Positions 38,698-48,581 of a stretch of DNA of 64,000 nt are shown piece by piece (position 1 is the first letter of the stretch; every line of letters starts with the position of its first letter). The notes beneath the pieces were generated by a model. The model worked only from the letters and a program-made list of their open reading frames with translations, ran no database searches and had not been told where the DNA came from. A program made the position numbers and the translations under genes. Source of the DNA: an uncultured delta proteobacterium (GTDB lineage: Bacteria; Desulfobacterota; Desulfomonilia; Desulfomonilales; Desulfomonilaceae); the NCBI GenBank assembly GCA_963789265.1, contig CAWBKB010000001.1:384001-448000 (forward strand), in the 5' to 3' direction.

Positions 38698-40473
38698 ATG
38701 ACAGACGAGGAGAAATCGAAATCTGGGCTCATTGAGGAACTGAAGTCTCTGCGACGAAGACTCGAAGCAGCCGAGGCCGAAACCGTAGACTGCCAAAGTT
38801 TGGAAGAGCGTCTCAAGGAACAAATTGATTTCGATCATCTTCTGCTCGATGCTTCACCATCCTTCTTCATCGCTGTAGACCCTCAGGGCAAGATACTCTC
38901 GGCCAATAGGGCGTTCCTGGCAATGACCGGATACGAGTTGGATGAAGTCAAAGGAGCTGATTACCTGTCTACATTTATTCCAGAGGACGAACGGGGGGAT
39001 CTGATCAAGCTGATGAGATCTATGGTACAGAGTGGGGCGCCTACAATTAACCGCAACCGTATATTGAAGAAAGATGGCACGAAATTCAGTGTCGAGTGGC
39101 ACGGCCGTCCGGTGATCAAAGCGAATGGAGAAACCGATTACTTCTTTGCCATCGGCAGTGACGTCTCTCAGCGTGATAAGTCCGAGCATGAAATCCGACA
39201 GGCTCAAGAACAGCTTGAAATCAAAGTAGAACAGCGTACAGCGGAACTCCTCATCCTCAACGAGCAACTGGAACGACAGATCTTCGAGGTGAAACGAACG
39301 GAAGAGCAGCTCAAAGAAAGTGAACGACGGTATCGCGTGCTTACGGATAGCTCGTTAACCGGGATATACATTCACCAGAATGGGCGCTTCACCTTTGTCA
39401 ATGAACGACTTGCCCAAATGCTCGGCTACTTGCCGGAGGAAATGCTCGGCGAGAGCATCTGGAAGTTCGTATACCCGGATGACAAAGAGCGCATAATGCA
39501 GACTGTCAGTGAACGAGGACAGCAGACTGCGGACGATCCACCATACGAATTCCGAGTCAGATGCAAAGATGGAAGCCTCAAATGGGTCGAGGCCCTTCCC
39601 ACTGAAATCGCGTTTCGCGGCGCAAGCGCACACATGGGAAACGTTGCGGACATTTCGGAACGGAAGCGTGTAGAGCAGGCACTAGAGGAAAAGATAAGAA
39701 CGATCGACGAGCTGTACCAGCACATTATTCAGTCCCGGCAAGTACAAGCGATCGAGGAGCATACAGCGAACGTGGCGCACGAGTTAAGACAGCCTTTGAC
39801 CATCATTGGCGGATTTGCCCGCAGGCTCAAAGCAGTTTGTGTTCCCTGCCCCAAATGCGAGAACTTTGCAAAGTCACCCGGAGACGAACTCTTTCAAATT
39901 GTGATCGATGAAGTGAAGCGCTTGGAGCGCATACTGGGGGGGCTCATCGACTTCACGAAACGGGACAAACTCGTCATTCAACCGGCCGATCCGAATTCAC
40001 TTATCGCGTACGTGCTCAGGATCAACAGAAACAGGATAGATGAGAAGAATCTACGCTTGGCGCTGAACATCGCACAGGACGTGAAAAGCGTTCCACTGGA
40101 TCAGACCCGATTTCAGCACGTACTCAGAAATCTGATCGCCAACGCGATTGAAGCGTCTCCGCCGAGTGAGACCATTCATGTGGAATCAACTATTTCCGAA
40201 CCCAGCGAAGAGGCTCGCCGCACGGGGAAACTCCAATCGAGAATCTATTACACGCTCAGGGTTCGAAACCGTGGAACACCAATTTCCAAGGACGAACTTG
40301 AGAAGATATTCAATCCCTTCTTCACCACGAAGGACTACGGAACCGGTCTCGGACTGACATTGTCGAGAAAGATCGTGGAAGATCATAATGGGTCGATTTC
40401 CGCAACATCCGACAAGGAAGGAACCGTTTTCACCGTGATGATCCCCATGCCGGAGACCGACTTTTCCACATAA
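38698..40473 (+). CDS. Cytoplasmic PAS-PAS sensor histidine kinase
   Basis: Two PAS/PAC domains, VAHELRQPL H-box, NLIANA N-box, FNPFFTTK, GTGLGL. Confidence 0.93.
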   Translation: MTDEEKSKSGLIEELKSLRRRLEAAEAETVDCQSLEERLKEQIDFDHLLLDASPSFFIAVDPQGKILSANRAFLAMTGYELDEVKGADYLSTFIPEDERGDLIKLMRSMVQSGAPTINRNRILKKDGTKFSVEWHGRPVIKANGETDYFFAIGSDVSQRDKSEHEIRQAQEQLEIKVEQRTAELLILNEQLERQIFEVKRTEEQLKESERRYRVLTDSSLTGIYIHQNGRFTFVNERLAQMLGYLPEEMLGESIWKFVYPDDKERIMQTVSERGQQTADDPPYEFRVRCKDGSLKWVEALPTEIAFRGASAHMGNVADISERKRVEQALEEKIRTIDELYQHIIQSRQVQAIEEHTANVAHELRQPLTIIGGFARRLKAVCVPCPKCENFAKSPGDELFQIVIDEVKRLERILGGLIDFTKRDKLVIQPADPNSLIAYVLRINRNRIDEKNLRLALNIAQDVKSVPLDQTRFQHVLRNLIANAIEASPPSETIHVESTISEPSEEARRTGKLQSRIYYTLRVRNRGTPISKDELEKIFNPFFTTKDYGTGLGLTLSRKIVEDHNGSISATSDKEGTVFTVMIPMPETDFST

Positions 40474-40486
40474 GTGGAGGTTAATT

Positions 40487-40898
40487 GTGAAGAACCTCAT
40501 CGAATGGACCCCCGACCTGGCAGTCAATGTCCCTGTGATCGACGATCAGCACAAAGAGTTGTACAGCCGGATGAATGGCCTCTGTAACGCGATCATGGAA
40601 GGTAAAGGCAGGAATGAAGTGGGCTCTTTTGTACAGGTACCTCTCCGAATACACCACGTTCCACTTTGACGCCGAGGAAGCGCTCATGAGACAGCATGAG
40701 TATCCGGGTTACGACGCACAGCTAGCCGCTCATAGCCTTTTCAGAGAACGCGTTCTCAAAATGGCCGTACAAGCCGATTCCGACGTGATCGCCTCAGAAC
40801 TCGTTGTGACGGTGGTAAATGAAATGAAGAACTGGTTCTCCAATCATATACGCACCATGGACAAAAAGATCGGAGATTTCCTCGCAGCATCAGGATAG
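40487..40898 (+). CDS. Bacteriohemerythrin, +1 frameshift near 40633
   Basis: WTPDLAVNVPVIDDQHKEL, then YTTFHFDAEEALM, YPGY, WFSNHIRTMDK. Confidence 0.88.
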
Positions 40899-40932
40899 CT
40901 CTTCGGTCACGTATGTTTCGCGATCATCGTGT

Positions 40933-42489
40933 CTATTTCAGGAGACGTTTTTGCGACCCTAGCAGCTCTTTAGCAGATGGCGGGCCCCAACTTCCCGCTT
41001 GGTATGTCTCAACCGGCGCGACACACCCGGACGGAGATTCACACGCTTCCAGCACCGGGTCAAGGAAAGCCCAGCACGACTCCACCTGATCTTCTCGCCA
41101 GAAAAGCATGTGCTCGCCTTGCACGCAATCGAGGAGGGCCTTTTCGTACGCGCCCAGCCTCGGCCCGGAATGGTCTTCCTTGTAATCAAAATCCATGGTG
41201 ACGAGTTTGAGGTTCACTTCAGCTCCCGGCTGTTTCGTTTGGAAGGTAAGTTGGATCTTCTCTTCAGGTTGGATGCGAATGATGAGCCGGTTGGCGATGA
41301 TGACCTCGCCGATCGCTCCTCGGAACATCGAGTGCGCAACTCTCTTGAACTCGATAATGATCTCGGTAACTTTCCGTGGCAGGCGCTTGCCGGAGACAAG
41401 GTAGAACGGCACGCCATGCCAGCGTCCATTATCCACGAAGAGCTTCATCATAGCGTACGTAGGCGTCGTCGAACCGTTCCGGACTCCCGGCTCTTCTCGA
41501 TACCCGGGCACTCTGACCTCGTTTATTACTCCCGGACCATATTGACCCAACGCAAGGCTATCTCGCAACCGGCTCAAGTCCAGAGGCCGAATTGACTTAA
41601 ACACTTTTGATTTCTCTTCTCGCACGCACTCGGAGTCGAACCGTGCGGGTGATTCCATGGCCACCAGTGAGAGCAATTGCATCATATGGTTCTGAAACAT
41701 GTCTCTCAGCACGCCCGAACCATCATAGTAAGCCGCACGACCCTCGACTCCCAGGCTCTCGGCCGCAGTTACGTGCACGTGATCGATATACAAACGGTTC
41801 CACAACGGCTCGAAGATGGCATTGGCAAACCGAAAGACCAACACGTTCTGAACCGTTTCTTTGGCGAGGTAGTGGTCGATACGAAAGATCTGCTCCTCCC
41901 GGAAGTTTGCGCGCAACGATTCATTGAGTCGGCGGGACGATTGAAGGTCCCTTCCAAAAGGTTTTTCTACCACGATCCTGGTCGAACCGTTGCCGGATTG
42001 ACCTTCCGATGAGAGGCCGACTTCACTCAAACCAGACGAGATTCTCTCGTACGCAGCGGGCGGGACCGCCAGATAGAATATGCGATTGCCTAGGGTGCCG
42101 CGTGCGCTGTCAAGGCTAGCGAGAGTATCGCGGAGCCCTCGGAATGATTCAGTGGAATCGTAATCGAGTTGGTGATAGAAGAGAGAAGCTGCAAAGTCGG
42201 ACCAGCCTGAGAGGTCGCTCTGACCCGAATCCGAAAGCTTTGCCCTAACCGCCTTCCGGAAATCATCACTGGTCATGGGGGACCGCCCAGATCCGATCAC
42301 CAGGAACGGTTGAGGCAAACGTTTCCGCTGATGCAAATTGAACAGAGCAGGCGCCAATTTTCTGAAGCTCAAATCACCGGTAGCCCCGAAAATTACCAGA
42401 GCGCACGGATCACCGGGAACACGTGATTGTGCAAGGATGTCACCGCCTATCGTATTGGAATTACTCGCGCTCATGTCTCGGGCTTCCAT
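40933..42489 (-). CDS. zwf: Glucose-6-phosphate 1-dehydrogenase
   Basis: GATGDL, VVEKPFG, RIDHYLAKE, RDMFQNH, YQAGSWGP. Confidence 0.95.
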   Translation of the reverse strand: MEARDMSASNSNTIGGDILAQSRVPGDPCALVIFGATGDLSFRKLAPALFNLHQRKRLPQPFLVIGSGRSPMTSDDFRKAVRAKLSDSGQSDLSGWSDFAASLFYHQLDYDSTESFRGLRDTLASLDSARGTLGNRIFYLAVPPAAYERISSGLSEVGLSSEGQSGNGSTRIVVEKPFGRDLQSSRRLNESLRANFREEQIFRIDHYLAKETVQNVLVFRFANAIFEPLWNRLYIDHVHVTAAESLGVEGRAAYYDGSGVLRDMFQNHMMQLLSLVAMESPARFDSECVREEKSKVFKSIRPLDLSRLRDSLALGQYGPGVINEVRVPGYREEPGVRNGSTTPTYAMMKLFVDNGRWHGVPFYLVSGKRLPRKVTEIIIEFKRVAHSMFRGAIGEVIIANRLIIRIQPEEKIQLTFQTKQPGAEVNLKLVTMDFDYKEDHSGPRLGAYEKALLDCVQGEHMLFWREDQVESCWAFLDPVLEACESPSGCVAPVETYQAGSWGPPSAKELLGSQKRLLK

Positions 42490-42569
42490 TTACTACTGTC
42501 AGATATAGTGCTCACCCTGGTCTGTTTAAACAAGAACTTGCCCTATGCTTTGCGGAGATACTTGGCAAA

Positions 42570-42680
42570 ACCCTCTTGACCGATCAGCAAGGTTGGGCCA
42601 CGAGCATTCAGCGGATCTTGAGACACAAGAACGTCTCAACCACGGAGCGGGGCATTAAAAGAAATTAACCACGATACAGT
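42570..42680 (+). pseudogene. Tyrosine-recombinase C-terminal relic
   Basis: SIQRILRHKNVSTTER resembles the integrase box-II tail (IQxxLxH...TTxxY) with the catalytic Tyr lost. Confidence 0.55.
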
Positions 42681-43067
42681 ATGATGGCCCATTCGGCATT
42701 GTGTAATTGCCGGTCGTCGAAGCTGCCCCTGAAGCCTTTTGAAGCGGCTCTCAAAAAGCGACAGAAAAAGCGGGGGAAAGGCAAAAAGGGTGGTGATAAG
42801 CCTGCTATGTTGATCCCATAAGAGCTACTCTTTTCTCTGTATTGGCCTGTAAATTGGATCCTCAAGGTGAAAAGCTGGTTTACAACCACACGATGAAGGC
42901 GACGACTACTGAGATCGCCAAAGGCAGGGCTCTACTCCTTTGGTAAGCTGTTGAAGAAAACAAATCCGCCTCCGAATATTACCTGTATGCCCAATCTAAC
43001 TGCGTCTTCAGTTTTTCATATCCCGTGACTGATCAAGGGAATGATATGGCATGGCTAGCTGCATCAC

Positions 43068-43851
43068 TCAGGCAACCATCGTGACCTTGCCGTCGCGTAG
43101 GCGGTAGACTGCACCTACGACCTTCACCTTGTCTTCGTTGACTCGCCCTGCCAATATCGGATCAAACCCTTTTAGCCGCTCAACCCCGATAGCAACATTG
43201 GCGCGGATCGCCCGCCGCGGCCTTGCTCTTGGCGACCGCCGGCTTGATGAGTCCCACCAGATCGTCGATCGCTCCAGGCAGCGCATCCTTGGCGTGAATA
43301 TGCTTTATGGCCGCCTTGACCGCACCGCAGTCACTGTGGCCAAGAACCATGATCAGCGGCACATTGAGTTCTGCGACAGCGTATTCGATGCTCCCTTTGA
43401 CAACAGGGCCCGCTCCGCCAACCACATTGCCGGCAACTCGCACCACGAAGAGATCGCCTAGCCCGACGTCGAAGAGGATCTCGGGTGCTACCCGAGAGTC
43501 CGCGCAGCCGACGATAACGGCAATGGGGAACTGCCCCTCCGTGAGCGTAGAAAAGTCCTTGGGCCTGCGCCGGGGATTCGAAGGCCGTCCTTTCACAAAG
43601 CGTTCATTGCCCGCAAGCAGCGCACGCAGCGCCTCGTCGGCGCCCATTGGTGGCAGAGCCTTGGGTGCCGCCCTTTTTTGCTCAGCTGCGACAAGCGCAC
43701 CGGAACTGGAAAGGCTCAGGCCCACGGTGGTGACGGCGACTGTCGCTAGTTTCACGAACTCACGGCGTGAAAACTTCCCGTTCATGTTCTCGCGTCTCAT
43801 GCTCTTCTTCCTCCTCGTGTCTCGTAGTCTTTTTACCGGTCGCTCCTTCAT
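43068..43851 (-). pseudogene. Beta-carbonic anhydrase with Tat signal, frameshifted near 43205
   Basis: SRREFVK Tat motif, GCADSRV, VRVAGN, GHSDCGAV; C-terminus IRANV...KVVGAVYRL in another frame. True start probably downstream of 43851. Confidence 0.85.
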
Positions 43852-44335
43852 GCTGCTGTGCGAGTGAACAAGTAACCCGGAATTATGCTGCGGTCTTGCC
43901 GTTTGGGGGTCTTCGGGACAACAACGGTGCGAGGGATTTTGCGTGGGAATCCGAAAAGTCTCGGTGTCTCATCCCACAAGACTCGACAAAGACAAAGCCG
44001 TCCTCACGTTGCCGAAAAAGACTCTTTTGCCCTGTTTCTGAGCGTACCTCACCCCAGGTGACTACGTCAAACATTCTTCACATCCATGCCCGTCACCCGA
44101 ACACAGCGCGGTAAAGAGCTGCCAAGGGAACGCCGATGCAACATGAACATATCATCCCTGACTTTGACGCGACGCCGTCGCTTTGACCTTGATCGGACGC
44201 TATGGTCTATGAAACCGGCCTCATGGCCATCAGGTCAACCACACGGCAGGGAGGCTAAATCGAAGTGGAAGAAAAAACGGGGGAAAAGTCTCGAGGAAAA
44301 TGGGCGGTGACAACCGGGAAACTGGCTCTGGAAGC

Positions 44336-44383
44336 TGGCAGTCCCAAGGGGTTTCGAACCCCTGTCTCCGCCGTGAGAGGGCG
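44336..44383 (-). repeat. tRNA-Glu 3'-end duplication (att site) 3
   Basis: 48-bp perfect match to 47903-47950. Confidence 0.92.
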
Positions 44384-44638
44384 ACGAACAAGTCAATAAT
44401 TTCAAGATCTTTCCCAATAACCCCAACAATTTCAGTCCCTGACAATCCCCCCCGGTCTCTGGCAATCCCTGCCAGTTTCTCCTGGTGAGAGCAAAATGTG
44501 AGCATTCTCCAGAGGTCTCTTACCCGTTTTTGCCTTGCCCCCCCCACAATTCCATTCGACATCTCCTGTTAGACCATCACCCTCCCCGGAGTAACTGCCA
44601 TGTGAGTCCAACAACTGACATTCTGCGACAATATTAAT

Positions 44639-45400
44639 TCAAAATCTGCACGAGATCTTGGGGGACAGATCACGCCCAGGACGTCTCTTCCAAGGAATCC
44701 ACATGGGAACCTTGCTTTGGTAGTCGCTATACTTCTCGCCAAAGTCCGCCAGAAGGTCCGCTTCTTCAAAAGCGGCTCCTACACAGATCCACACGGTCCA
44801 GAGGACGTTAAAAAGCAGTCGATCCGCTGTCAGATCCGGGCACGACCACAGCATCAGGATCACCAGCAAATAAAGAGGATGGCGAACCCACAGGTATGGC
44901 CCGCACGCAACGAACTCTTGAGATCGAATTCGCTTGCCGCTCAACTCAGCTCTGATGGGATCAAGACCAAATGTGTCGAATGCCCGTAGCGAAAATATAG
45001 TCCAGAAACATCCTGCGAACGTGATAAACGAGAAGCCTCTCACAAACCAACGAGCAGCACCCTGAAGCTCATACAGCGAGATGGCAGACCCTTGCCAAAA
45101 CACTATCAGTCCTGTCAACACCAAACCCGATACAATCGTGTAAAGAGCTCCGTGGTAGAGCGGCGGGATGAAGTTGGACAAGCGGTTGCGGAAGCCCCTG
45201 CGTACCATGCCGCTATGCTGTGCAAAAAAGATGACCGACAGCAAGCCGTCCCAAACGAGCGCCTTCCCTTGTGTCAGTTCCATTTGAACAAGGAGGAGTG
45301 GCCCACGATACAGGAAAAGTATGAATATTAGTAAAGACCCTTGTCCAACGATGCTTGCCGATACTAGGAGCAATCTTAAGATTATCTGTGCCTTCAGCAA
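44639..45400 (-). CDS. MddA/nurim-like membrane methyltransferase (ICMT superfamily)
   Basis: FFAQHSGMVR, GPYLWVRHPLY, LTADRLLF, EEADL..FGEKY..Y..KVPM. Confidence 0.8.
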   Translation of the reverse strand: MLKAQIILRLLLVSASIVGQGSLLIFILFLYRGPLLLVQMELTQGKALVWDGLLSVIFFAQHSGMVRRGFRNRLSNFIPPLYHGALYTIVSGLVLTGLIVFWQGSAISLYELQGAARWFVRGFSFITFAGCFWTIFSLRAFDTFGLDPIRAELSGKRIRSQEFVACGPYLWVRHPLYLLVILMLWSCPDLTADRLLFNVLWTVWICVGAAFEEADLLADFGEKYSDYQSKVPMWIPWKRRPGRDLSPKISCRF

Positions 45401-45839
45401 GATGACTTCTCCTTGCGAAATACCTGATGGCCCCTTTTACTAGAGACGCTATACGTTGATGCTTTCCGATTCGTCAAGTGCTTGACCACCACGAACAAAT
45501 GCTCTGTAGAATGGCGGCCGGATAGCAGACAGCTGTCTCTAAGAAGCCATTATGCCGAGGGAGACGCAGATCGCCCCCAAGAATCTGGCGGGGGGGGCAA
45601 GAAAATTGGTTATATTCCGATGATAACCCTCTACTCTCGGCCTTTAGACCGACATATAAATGTGGCATGGAGCTTTCCGAACGCCCTTTGACAGGGGAGG
45701 AGACGGGATGTTGAATATTAACCTTATGACCAATGCTCGAGTGTGGCAAACGGCAATGGGCAACAAGAATATGAATCCCTCTGGGGATTATTTTGATCTT
45801 AATGAAAAAGAAAAAGGGGTCAGAAAAGGGGTCATGAAA

Positions 45840-45928
45840 AAGGGGTCAAGTCTCTTCTTGACTCATATTGTGCGAGTCGCTCGCTGTGAGGCTGTTCGAA
45901 AGTGAGTCAAGAGTAGATCTGACCCCTT
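45840..45928. repeat. 89-bp miniature inverted-repeat element, copy A
   Basis: AAGGGGTCAAGTCTCTTCTTGACTCA...TGAGTCAAGAGTAGATCTGACCCCTT; 87/89 identical to 47508-47596. Confidence 0.9.
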
Positions 45929-46386
45929 CCCTGGTCGGATTTCACGAATCGGGCATGGCCAAACATTTGTGGAAGGCCATAAGAATACTAGATAGTGAAT
46001 TGGCGAAAACTGCCGAAACAATGAATCCGGAGTCACTCGTAGATGCTTCTGTCAAGACAGAAGACTTGATAGAAAAATGTCTCAGTGAGGCTCGTAGCGC
46101 TACATTCGCCTTTCGTCGCAAGCAAATCAATGAATATACTTCTCTAGCCCTAAGAATGGCGTCCATTGCATCACTCAGTCTAGCATTTTACAAAGCAGGT
46201 TTGTCGTTGCCGGCCAGCCTCCTTTCTGGCATGACCGCAACTAATTTTCTTGCCAATAACAGGCCCACCGAATCTCGGGTACGTGGGATCGAGAATAGGA
46301 TCACGGATTGGATCCAGTCTAACAAATTTAGATCCTTGTCAACACATCTGTGGTGGATTGAAAAATGGAAGAAAACTGGTCACTAA
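45929..46386 (+). pseudogene. Probable 3' fragment of an AT-rich hypothetical gene
   Basis: Open frame starts at the edge of the repeat without a convincing RBS; no family recognised. Confidence 0.4.
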
Positions 46387-46736
46387 AATTCGAAATCAAT
46401 AAGTTGATAGAGTGAACAATAGTCACTGAAACGGACGTAATAGACTGTGAGGCAATCAGTGCGCATAAAACGTTTGTCGAAACAGGTAAACAGAAAGGCT
46501 GTGGACAAAGTTGTCCAGGACTCTGTCCACAGAAAATCCGCACCAAAACTGGACCAGACAACTTGGACACCATTTTAGGAAGTGACCAGGAGAAAAAAAT
46601 TATCCACACCAAAAAGCATTATCGGATGTGTAACGCCTTGTAACTTTCTTGAAGCATTCTGCCGGCCAACTAGGGTGTCCACTCTGTCTGCATTGACCGC
46701 AAAGCATCAGAATTCCTTCTAATAAAACTTACCTTT

Positions 46737-47447
46737 CTATTTTAGCGGGTTCAAAAATGTTGTCCTCAATTCTTCGGAAAAAATACCAGCTAAGTAGACC
46801 GAAATCATAGTTTCTTCTGCTTTTTTATTGTGATGTATCAGAAGCACTAATCCGATAATTAAGAAAACGATAAGAGCAAACCAAATTGTGATTGTGAGTT
46901 CCCGGTACGGATAATCCTGCCAAGATTCCCCCGTAATTACACATCCTAATATGAACCCTAATATTATGGCTATTATCCAGTTTTCGCCAACATACATATA
47001 GCGCCGTCTAGTCCTTCCCCATTCTCTTAAAGCCTGCCCAGGATCAGAATATTGAATCCATACAAAAAAAGGATCGAAGCGTCTCTTCTTCTGAGATTCT
47101 AATAGACTATCTTTTATTGCCTGAGGTGTATGGCCCAGTCTCAGCCTTATTTCCTTTGTTACGGTTTTCCGCATTTCGTCTTTGCCATGAAAATACTGAA
47201 AGACTATTATAGATATTACTCGAATAATCTGGCCTACAGAACTCAGTCCTACTCCTATGGCAGCGAGCCGGAGCATTGTTGCCGTGGGATCACAGCCAAG
47301 AATAATGATCGCATACCCATACTCAGCATATTCGATAGAGAGCTTTGAATTTAGAACGAACATGGTGCCTGCCGCAATCAACGCGAAGACAATTCCGCTT
47401 ACTGTGCTGTCGAATATGATATGTTTATCGTCCAACATTGCCCCCAC
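46737..47447 (-). CDS. AT-rich hypothetical 4-TM membrane protein
   Basis: 236-aa ORF with two pairs of hydrophobic helices; low GC. Confidence 0.65.
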   Translation of the reverse strand: MGAMLDDKHIIFDSTVSGIVFALIAAGTMFVLNSKLSIEYAEYGYAIIILGCDPTATMLRLAAIGVGLSSVGQIIRVISIIVFQYFHGKDEMRKTVTKEIRLRLGHTPQAIKDSLLESQKKRRFDPFFVWIQYSDPGQALREWGRTRRRYMYVGENWIIAIILGFILGCVITGESWQDYPYRELTITIWFALIVFLIIGLVLLIHHNKKAEETMISVYLAGIFSEELRTTFLNPLK

Positions 47448-47507
47448 TTATTGAAGTGACGGTTCGCCATCTACTGGCGCCCAGCATGGTAAACCCAAAG
47501 AAAAGAA

Positions 47508-47596
47508 AAGGGGTCAAGTCTCTTCTTGACTCATATTGAGCGAGTCGCTCGCTGTGAGGCTGTTCGAAAGTGAGTCAAGAGTAGATCTGCCCCCTT
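47508..47596. repeat. 89-bp miniature inverted-repeat element, copy B
   Basis: Direct repeat of 45840-45928. Confidence 0.9.
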
Positions 47597-47902
47597 CCCA
47601 CTAACTATTTTCATCATGGAAACTCCTTCCCTCCCGTGCGGACCGCGTTTACAACTTCCCGGGGCCTTTGACCGCCACTTGAGATGTGTCGGCCCTTCAT
47701 TATTGGCTTCCAATAGCCTGCGCGTGACAAATGTGTCACGAAGGAATCGGAGGTTGTCCGCTGCTTTCCCACCCCACTGCCGTCCCAATCAATATTTGCA
47801 TAAAAATCTTTATGGTTGACAGGGTTTTGCCTCCAAGAAATTTCCCGCTAGTCAGAATATTGTATCGGTCCTACCCCCACTGTGTGACAAGGAAATAACT
47901 CT

Positions 47903-47978
47903 TGGCAGTCCCAAGGGGTTTCGAACCCCTGTCTCCGCCGTGAGAGGGCGGTGTCCTAGGCCTCTAGACGATGGGACC
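47903..47978 (-). tRNA. tRNA-Glu (anticodon CTC)
   Basis: GGTCCCATCGTCTAGAGGCCTAGGACACCGCC-CTCTCAC-GGCGGAGACAGGGGTTCGAAACCCCTTGGGACTGCCA; 76 nt, encoded CCA. Confidence 0.97.
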
Positions 47979-47988
47979 TCACGATTAT

Positions 47989-48017
47989 TGCATACCAAGC
48001 GTACGCCCTGTTGTCAA
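47989..48017 (-). promoter_or_regulatory. sigma70 promoter of tRNA-Glu
   Basis: TTGACA-17 nt-TATGCA, 10 nt upstream of the tRNA. Confidence 0.6.
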
Positions 48018-48170
48018 GCATATCTCCCGATTTCGCGCACCTGAGCGTCCTTCAGCCCACACGTTTCTCGGTCGTTGCAACTTTTTTTGCAGGGCTGCAT
48101 CCAAGAAAAGCAGACAGTAGTGTCGGGCCATGCGCATCAATTGCTGACTCGACCTGGGGTGGAGCTAATA

Positions 48171-48404
48171 ATGAATGACAAGACGAGGAGTTTTCTTGCC
48201 GATTTACGCAGGGGAATGAGTTCGGGGGAATTGATGAGTAAATACAATCTCTCCCCAAAAAGGCTGGAACAGATCCTGAGCAGGCTCAGACAGTCCGACC
48301 TGGCCGCGCTGAGGCAGCTCTGGGAACGAGATAAACTTACGGATACTCAATTTATGAGGGCTTTCTCTGAAGTAGAGACCGACCTGAATAGCGATGATTC
48401 GTAA
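48171..48404 (+). CDS. Small hypothetical protein (DLRRGMSSGELMSKYNLS helical/HTH-like motif)
   Basis: GGAG RBS; compact helical sequence. Confidence 0.65.
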   Translation: MNDKTRSFLADLRRGMSSGELMSKYNLSPKRLEQILSRLRQSDLAALRQLWERDKLTDTQFMRAFSEVETDLNSDDS

Positions 48405-48481
48405 CATGCGCCGATCACACATCTTGCATAGCGCATATTCGGCGGTGAATGGTAATCACAACTGCTCGGCAGGAAATTAAG

Positions 48482-48569
48482 ATTCACCGCAGAGGGCGCC
48501 GAGATCGCAGAGACAAATGATGCAGACAAAAAAGAACTCTCCGCGGTCTCTGCGTGCTCTGCGGTAAAT
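48482..48569. repeat. Palindromic intergenic repeat (TTCACCGCAGAG type)
   Basis: ATTCACCGCAGAGGGCGCCGAGATCGCAGAG ... CTCTCCGCGGTCTCTGCGTGCTCTGCGGTAAAT, between convergent genes. Confidence 0.7.
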
Positions 48570-48581
48570 TGTTTTTTGTAA

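Noticed and set aside
47793..47820. Second dif-like site (TGCATAA-AAATCT-TTATGGTTGAC)
   Set aside because: XerD arm matches poorly; chance occurrence plausible in AT-rich DNA.
36254..47978. Repeated 48-bp sequence as a CRISPR array or multiple tRNA genes
   Set aside because: Copies are kilobases apart, match the tRNA 3' part only, and no cas genes are present.
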